Below the pieces are notes generated by a model. It saw nothing but the letters and a program-made list of their open reading frames with translations, was not told the origin of the DNA and made no database searches. A stretch of 64,000 nt of DNA from a virus (lineage: Duplodnaviria; Heunggongvirae; Uroviricota; Caudoviricetes): positions 1 through 64,000 of the IMG/VR virus record IMGVR_UViG_2737471844_000002; one strand, 5' to 3'. This document shows positions 58,588 to 64,000 of this stretch, one piece after another (position 1 is the stretch's first letter; every line of letters starts with the position of its first letter). Position numbers and translations under genes: made by a program.

Positions 58588-59041
58588 TTCCCTGCGTGAA
58601 GCCATGACCCGTTCATGCCGATGGTGTCAGGCCAACCCGGAAAAATTCACCATTTTCGTGGAGAGCGGCAATATTGAAACGACCGGAGAAACTCCCTCGT
58701 TTGTTTACCACTATCAGATGGTGATGTTTGTCATGGATTACGCCGGAGAGCTGGACGACCTCACGCTGCCGCTGCTGGCGTGGTTATCCGAAAATCAGCC
58801 ACAGTTGTTGCTCAATCCGGAGCGTAATCAGGACATCAAATTTTCTGCCGTTATCAATGACGATGACAGCGCCGATCTCCTGTTTACGCTCCCCCTGCGG
58901 GAACGCGTTCGCATCACGCGCAGCAGTCAGGGTACACCGCAGGCAGAACACCTGCCGGAGCCAGAACCCCGCCTGCCCTCTTCCGCAGGCGACTGGTCGT
59001 ATGTATTCCAGGATGTGACGTGGGGTGAAAGCGATGGATAA
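58574..59041 (+). CDS. R: Tail completion protein (P2 R-like)
   Basis: Position. Confidence 0.6.
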   Translation: MLKTDSLREAMTRSCRWCQANPEKFTIFVESGNIETTGETPSFVYHYQMVMFVMDYAGELDDLTLPLLAWLSENQPQLLLNPERNQDIKFSAVINDDDSADLLFTLPLRERVRITRSSQGTPQAEHLPEPEPRLPSSAGDWSYVFQDVTWGESDG

Positions 59042-59669
59042 GGCATTCATCCGCGTGGATGAAACCTTTGAGGCCATCCGCGACAGCCTGAATCAGCAGG
59101 CCATCAATAACATCGCCAGAAAGCTGGCACAGGATTTACGCCGCGCCCAGCAGGCGCGCATCCGGTCACAGAAAGCGCCGGACGGGACCGCATGGACACC
59201 ACGCAGACGCCGCGTAACCCGGATACAGGAGCGCATTCGCTTTATCTGGAATAACGAAGCACGCACGCTGAAAAACTGGCATTACGACACGGGGAAATAC
59301 GGGCGAACCATCACCGGGTGGGATGAGGATAAAAACAGCATCCGCACGTTTTACCGGGATGACATCGACCGCTTTCTGAAAATACGCACCCGGCGCATCA
59401 ACCAGGACAGCACAAAGCGCGTTCCCATGTTCGTAAAACTGCGCACCGCCCGCTACCTGAAAGCCCGTGCAGATGCTTCCGGTGTGACGGTGGGTTACAG
59501 CGGCGTGGCCGCACGTATTGCACGCGTTCATCAGTTCGGTGAGCGCGATCAGGTTGCGCCGGGCATTTTCACCGATTACCCGGTACGTGAGCTGCTGGGT
59601 ATCAGCCAGGCAGATGAGCGCCTGATTTATAACACGGTGCTGGGCCGGATTGCGGAGGCTGTACGGTGA
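59025..59669 (+). CDS. S: Tail completion protein (P2 S-like)
   Basis: Position. Confidence 0.6.
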   Translation: MKAMDKAFIRVDETFEAIRDSLNQQAINNIARKLAQDLRRAQQARIRSQKAPDGTAWTPRRRRVTRIQERIRFIWNNEARTLKNWHYDTGKYGRTITGWDEDKNSIRTFYRDDIDRFLKIRTRRINQDSTKRVPMFVKLRTARYLKARADASGVTVGYSGVAARIARVHQFGERDQVAPGIFTDYPVRELLGISQADERLIYNTVLGRIAEAVR

Positions 59670-60247
59670 GCGCAGAACTCATGCGACTGCTGAGCAACAT
59701 CATCCGCACCGGGATCATCTCTGAAGTTGATGAGAAGTCCTGGCGCGTGCGCGTTCGCAGCGGCGAACTGGAAACAGGCTGGTTGCGCTGGAATACCACG
59801 CGCGCGGGAGCCTTCAATGTGTGGCTGCCGCCATCACCCGGCGAACAGGTGGTAATTGCCTGCATTGGCGGCAACCCGGAAACCGCCATGATAATTGGCA
59901 GCCTATGGAGTGATGCCAGTCCGGCACCCGGCAAAAGCCTGAAAGAAATCGTGGTCAGCGCGCCGGATGGCGCGGTGTTCCGCTACGACGCGGACGCAGG
60001 CGCACTGAGTGCCAGCGGCATGAAAACGGCCACTTTGCAGGCATCCGTCAGCGTGAAACTGGATACGCCCGTCGTGGAATGCACAAACCTTCTGAGAACA
60101 GCGACGCTTGACGTCACAAAAGGAGGAAAGATGAGCGGCAATATCACGCACAGCGGCGGCAACTTCACCTCAAACGGCATTACCGTGCATACGCATAAAC
60201 ACGGTGGCGTGAAAGGCGGCAGCGATTCGACAGGAGGCCCGCAGTGA
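59666..60247 (+). CDS. V: Baseplate assembly/spike protein (P2 V-like)
   Basis: Position and size. Confidence 0.7.
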   Translation: MSAELMRLLSNIIRTGIISEVDEKSWRVRVRSGELETGWLRWNTTRAGAFNVWLPPSPGEQVVIACIGGNPETAMIIGSLWSDASPAPGKSLKEIVVSAPDGAVFRYDADAGALSASGMKTATLQASVSVKLDTPVVECTNLLRTATLDVTKGGKMSGNITHSGGNFTSNGITVHTHKHGGVKGGSDSTGGPQ

Positions 60248-60594
60248 CAACCCGCTACACAGGAATGAATCCGGACGGGACGGGAAACCTGAACGATACG
60301 GAGCACCTGAAACAGTCAGTCAGGGACATCCTGACCACCCCGCTGGCAAGCCGGGTTATGCGACGGGAATATGGCAGCCTTGTGCCTGATTTGATTGACG
60401 AACCCATGAATAACACCACGCGTCTGCAATGCATGAGTGCTGCCGTGATTGCGCTGACACGATGGGAACCCCGCATTGCCCTGGACGCCATCGACGTTGT
60501 CTGGAAAGCGGGAGGCCGCGCCGGGGTGACGCTGTCGGGCACTGTCATGCAGACCATGCAGAATGTTGAATTAACCATCACGCTGAGGGAGTAA
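60244..60594 (+). CDS. W: Baseplate wedge protein (P2 W-like)
   Basis: Position and size. Confidence 0.7.
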   Translation: MTTRYTGMNPDGTGNLNDTEHLKQSVRDILTTPLASRVMRREYGSLVPDLIDEPMNNTTRLQCMSAAVIALTRWEPRIALDAIDVVWKAGGRAGVTLSGTVMQTMQNVELTITLRE

Positions 60595-60597
60595 ATC

Positions 60598-61494
60598 ATG
60601 CCCGCCGTTGACCTTTCCCAGTTACCGGAACCCGCCATCATCGCGGAGCCTGACTTTGAAGCAATTCTGGCTGACACAAAGGCCATGATGATTGCGGCTT
60701 ATCCCGCCGAACAGCGTGAAGCCGTTTCCGCCGCGCTGGAGCTGGAATCGGAACCCCTTAACGTTATCGCTCAAACCATGTCGTTTCGTGAAATGCTGTT
60801 ACGCCAGCGGGTTAACGAGGGTGCACGCGCCTGCATGTTAAGCCACAGCGCCGGGACAGACCTGGACAACCTCGCGGGCAATATGAACACAAAGCGCCTG
60901 GTTATCACTCCGGCAACGGATACCACCGACGCGGTGATGGAGAGCGACACCTCGCTGAGACTGCGGGCGCAGCGGGCGTACGACGGCCTGAGTGTTGCTG
61001 GCCCGTCAGGTGCATACGAGTATTTTGCCCGCAGCGCCAGCGGTCTGGTGCGTGATGCGCGGGCTATCAGTCCGTCTCCGGCAAATGTGACGGTTTCCAT
61101 CCTGTCCACTGAAGGCGACGGCACGGCAACGGAGGCGTTGCTTAATACCGTTCGCGCCGTTCTGAATGCAGAGGATACCCGCCCGGTGGCCGACCGCCTG
61201 ACCGTACAGAGCGCCAGCATCGTGACATGGCGGCTGAATGCAAAACTGTACTTTTACCCCGGTCCGGAATCCGAACCTATTCTGGCCGCGGCGGAATCGT
61301 CGTTCAGGAAGTGGCTGTCTGAGCAGGGGCTTATCGGTCAGGACGTGGCGTTGTCAGCCATTGCTGCCGCACTGCATGTGCACGGTGTGCAACGCGTGGA
61401 GATAATCGAACCCACACAAAATATGGCCATCAGCGACATACAGGCGGCGCGCTGTGAGTCATTCACCATCAGCGAAGGTGGGCGTAATGAGTAA
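60598..61494 (+). CDS. J: Baseplate protein (P2 J-like)
   Basis: Position and size. Confidence 0.75.
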   Translation: MPAVDLSQLPEPAIIAEPDFEAILADTKAMMIAAYPAEQREAVSAALELESEPLNVIAQTMSFREMLLRQRVNEGARACMLSHSAGTDLDNLAGNMNTKRLVITPATDTTDAVMESDTSLRLRAQRAYDGLSVAGPSGAYEYFARSASGLVRDARAISPSPANVTVSILSTEGDGTATEALLNTVRAVLNAEDTRPVADRLTVQSASIVTWRLNAKLYFYPGPESEPILAAAESSFRKWLSEQGLIGQDVALSAIAAALHVHGVQRVEIIEPTQNMAISDIQAARCESFTISEGGRNE

Positions 61495-62017
61495 TTCACT
61501 GTTACCGCCATCAGCCAGCAATTTCATGCATTGTGCCGAAGCTGTCGGAACGCGCATTACAGACATTCCGGTAGACCTCAACACGCTGTGGTCGCCGGAC
61601 ACCTGCCCGGTGCATCTGCTGCCTTATCTCGCCTGGGCATTTTCCGTTGACCGCTGGGATCGCAACTGGCCGGAAGAGACAAAGCGACAGGTGATTCGTG
61701 ATGCATGGCTGATACACCGACACAAAGGGACCATCAGCGCACTGCGCCGGGCCATTGAGCCGCTGGGATACCTCATTCGCGTGTCTGAGTGGTGGGAGTT
61801 CGGCGGAGAACCGGGAACATTTACTGTTGAAGTCGGCACGCTGGACAGTGGCGTGACGGAGGAAATGTATCTGGAAATGGAGCGGTTGATTGCTGATGCC
61901 CGCCCGGTCAGCCGCCACATGACAGGGCTGAATATCATTCAGGAGATTCAGGGAGATATTTTCGCGGCGGCAGCAACTTACGACGGCGAAGTCATTACCA
62001 TTTATCCGGACGATTAA
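61487..62017 (+). CDS. I: Tail protein (P2 I-like)
   Basis: ATG at 61487 overlapping the J stop. Confidence 0.65.
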   Translation: MSNSLLPPSASNFMHCAEAVGTRITDIPVDLNTLWSPDTCPVHLLPYLAWAFSVDRWDRNWPEETKRQVIRDAWLIHRHKGTISALRRAIEPLGYLIRVSEWWEFGGEPGTFTVEVGTLDSGVTEEMYLEMERLIADARPVSRHMTGLNIIQEIQGDIFAAAATYDGEVITIYPDD

Positions 62018-62019
62018 GC

Positions 62020-64000
62020 ATGAGTACCACAACACGTAAATTTAAAACCGTTATCACCGATACGGGTGCCAAAAAATTAGCTCAGGCAGCCGCGCCAGAT
62101 GGTAAGCCTGTCCGCCTGACTCATATGGCCGTGGGCGACGGTGGCGGTACATTGCCCACACCAGACAGTAAGCAGACCCGTCTGGTGCATGAGGTGTGGC
62201 GACATACTGTTAATCGCGTCATCCTGGACGCAACACATCAGAACCGCATTATTGCAGAGCTGGTTATTCCTCCAGAAACGGGCGGATTCTGGATCCGGGA
62301 AATTGGTGTGTTTGATGAGCACGGCGATTTAATCGCGGTGGGCAATACTGCCGAAAGTTACAAGCCAGCCGTTGCCGAAGGGTCCGGTCGTGCACAAACA
62401 TTTCGCACCATTCTGACCGTATCCAGCACTGCCACTGTGGCGCTTACCGTGGATAACACCATGGTGATGGCCACAGTGGATTACGTGGATAACAAACTGA
62501 AAGAGCATGAACAGTCACGACGTCACCCGGATGCCTCGCTGACCGCAAAAGGCTTTGTTCAACTCAGTAGCGCCACTAACAGCGATTCTGAAACGCTGGC
62601 TGCAACGCCGAAAGCGGTTAAGGTCGCGTATGATCTTGCTAACGGAAAATATACAGCGCAGGATGCCACAACAGCGCGAAAAGGCCTTGTCCAGCTTAGT
62701 AGTGCAACCAACAGTACATCTGAAACGCTGGCGGCAACATCAAATGCAGTAAAAGCTGCCTATGACAATGCTGAAAAACGTCTGCAGAAAGCTAAGAATG
62801 GTGAGGATATCTCTGACAAAGACACCTTTACGAAAAATATCGGTGCCTGCCGTGCATATAGTGCAGAGCTGAATATTGGTGGAGATAGTGAAGCATGGAC
62901 AACTGCGCAGTTGATTTTTTGGCTAGAGAGTCAGGGGGCATTTAACCATCCTTACTGGATGTGCAAAGGCTCATGGGCTTATGCAAGTAATAAGGTCATT
63001 ACAGATACAGGTTGCGGAAATATTTGTCTTGCAGGTGCTGTTGTGGAAGTTATTGGCACCCGCGGCGCAATGACCATACGCATTACCACACCGAGTACAT
63101 CCAGCGGTGAAGGCATCCCTAATGCTCAATTTACTTATATTAATCATGGTGATGCTTATGCTCCTGGCTGGCGAAGGGACTATAACTCCAGGAATAAGCC
63201 AACAGCATCAGAGATCGGGGCGTTACCGTCAGATGGGACAGCAGTATCGTCAGTTAATCTGGCTTCAAAAGGTCGGCTGACCGCCCTGACAGATAATATG
63301 CAGGGGGCCACAGGTCTGGAGTTATACGAGGCGTATAACAACGGATATCCAACAGCGTATGGAAATATCATTCACCTGAAAGGGATGACAGCCGTTGGCG
63401 AAGGCGAATTACTCATCGGCTGGAGTGGTATAAGCGGTGCTCATGCTCCGGCATTTATTCGTTCACGACGGGATACGACCGACGCAAACTGGTCGCCGTG
63501 GGCGCAGCTTTACACCTCGGCTCATCCTCCTGAAGAGTTTTATCCAGTCGGTGCACCGATTCCGTGGCCATCAGATACCGTTCCGTCTGGTTATGCCCTG
63601 ATGCAGGGGCAGACTTTTGACAAATCTGCATACCCGAAACTTGCAGTCGCTTATCCGTCAGGCGTGATCCCTGATATGCGTGGCTGGACTATCAAGGGCA
63701 AACCTGCCAGTGGTCGTGCCGTATTGTCTCAGGAACAGGACGGCATTAAATCGCACACCCACAGCGCCAGCGCATCCAGTACTGATTTGGGGACGAAAAC
63801 CACATCGTCGTTTGATTACGGTACTAAAACGACCAGTTCATTTGATTACGGCACAAAAACCACAAATAGCGCAGGAGCTCATTCACACAATATACCTGTT
63901 GGTCACACTGGCGCGGGGAATGGTGTATCAGCCGGTTATAACGCTGCGTTAGGTACTGGTACCACGTCGAGCGCAGGAGGGCATGCTCACAATGTATATA
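62020..64000 (+). CDS. H: Tail fibre protein (P2 H-like), 3-prime end beyond the window
   Basis: Open frame from ATG at 62020 to the window end; two [15 protein letters not shown] collar repeats; C-terminal region shares sequence with the Mu-like fibre gene. Confidence 0.8.
   Translation, partial: MSTTTRKFKTVITDTGAKKLAQAAAPDGKPVRLTHMAVGDGGGTLPTPDSKQTRLVHEVWRHTVNRVILDATHQNRIIAELVIPPETGGFWIREIGVFDEHGDLIAVGNTAESYKPAVAEGSGRAQTFRTILTVSSTATVALTVDNTMVMATVDYVDNKLKEHEQSRRHPDASLTAKGFVQLSSATNSDSETLAATPKAVKVAYDLANGKYTAQDATTARKGLVQLSSATNSTSETLAATSNAVKAAYDNAEKRLQKAKNGEDISDKDTFTKNIGACRAYSAELNIGGDSEAWTTAQLIFWLESQGAFNHPYWMCKGSWAYASNKVITDTGCGNICLAGAVVEVIGTRGAMTIRITTPSTSSGEGIPNAQFTYINHGDAYAPGWRRDYNSRNKPTASEIGALPSDGTAVSSVNLASKGRLTALTDNMQGATGLELYEAYNNGYPTAYGNIIHLKGMTAVGEGELLIGWSGISGAHAPAFIRSRRDTTDANWSPWAQLYTSAHPPEEFYPVGAPIPWPSDTVPSGYALMQGQTFDKSAYPKLAVAYPSGVIPDMRGWTIKGKPASGRAVLSQEQDGIKSHTHSASASSTDLGTKTTSSFDYGTKTTSSFDYGTKTTNSAGAHSHNIPVGHTGAGNGVSAGYNAALGTGTTSSAGGHAHNVY

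Larger units (their letters stand above)
596..64000. mobile_element. P2/186-like prophage, partial (continues past right edge); interrupted by the Mu-like insert at 5867..42735
   Basis: Gene order int, repressor, cox-like, early genes, gene A, cargo, Q/P on minus strand, then O N M L X lysis R S V W J I H on plus strand matches P2 prophage synteny. Confidence 0.8.

Noticed and set aside
62555-62752. Short ORFs inside the fibre gene (also 63180..63371 and 63680..63952)
   Set aside because: Alternative frames within the long open H reading frame, which the ORF track omitted only because it has no stop inside the window.
1-64000. CRISPR arrays, tRNA or rRNA genes
   Set aside because: No regularly spaced direct repeats and no tRNA- or rRNA-like sequence recognised by eye; the repeats present are operators, transposon ends and fibre-gene homology.

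Overview
The window is almost entirely prophage DNA, organised as one prophage nested inside another. (1) A P2/186-type temperate phage runs from the left edge to beyond the right edge: integrase, HTH repressor, Cox-like protein, a block of small early genes, replication gene A, a cargo region, then the packaging/head/lysis/tail genes in P2 order (Q and P on the minus strand; O N M L X, lysis genes, R S V W J I H on the plus strand, with H running off the window). (2) A complete Mu-like transposable prophage of about 36.9 kb (5867..42735) is inserted inside gene A of the P2-like element. It has a repressor, ner, transposase A, ATPase B, early genes, Mor-like activator, lysis genes, terminase, portal, head genes, contractile tail, baseplate and two tail-fibre/chaperone pairs. 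It is flanked by a perfect 5-bp direct repeat ACACG, and removing the insert plus one repeat copy restores a single open reading frame for gene A. (3) The cargo region between gene A and the packaging genes carries a ParM/ParR-like partition module and an AT-rich AAA+ ATPase + S8 subtilase pair. I recall this gene pair as the architecture of the described ietAS antiphage system, so it is probably not novel; this is from memory and needs an HMM check. Other apparent cargo: a signal-peptide protein with its own terminator and an orphan DNA methyltransferase in the Mu-like element, and AT-rich small genes in the P2-like early region and next to int. No rRNA, tRNA or CRISPR array was recognised. 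All calls are from reading the ORF translations and the DNA by eye; no database search or computation was run, AT-richness is a visual impression, and coordinates of starts are approximate.
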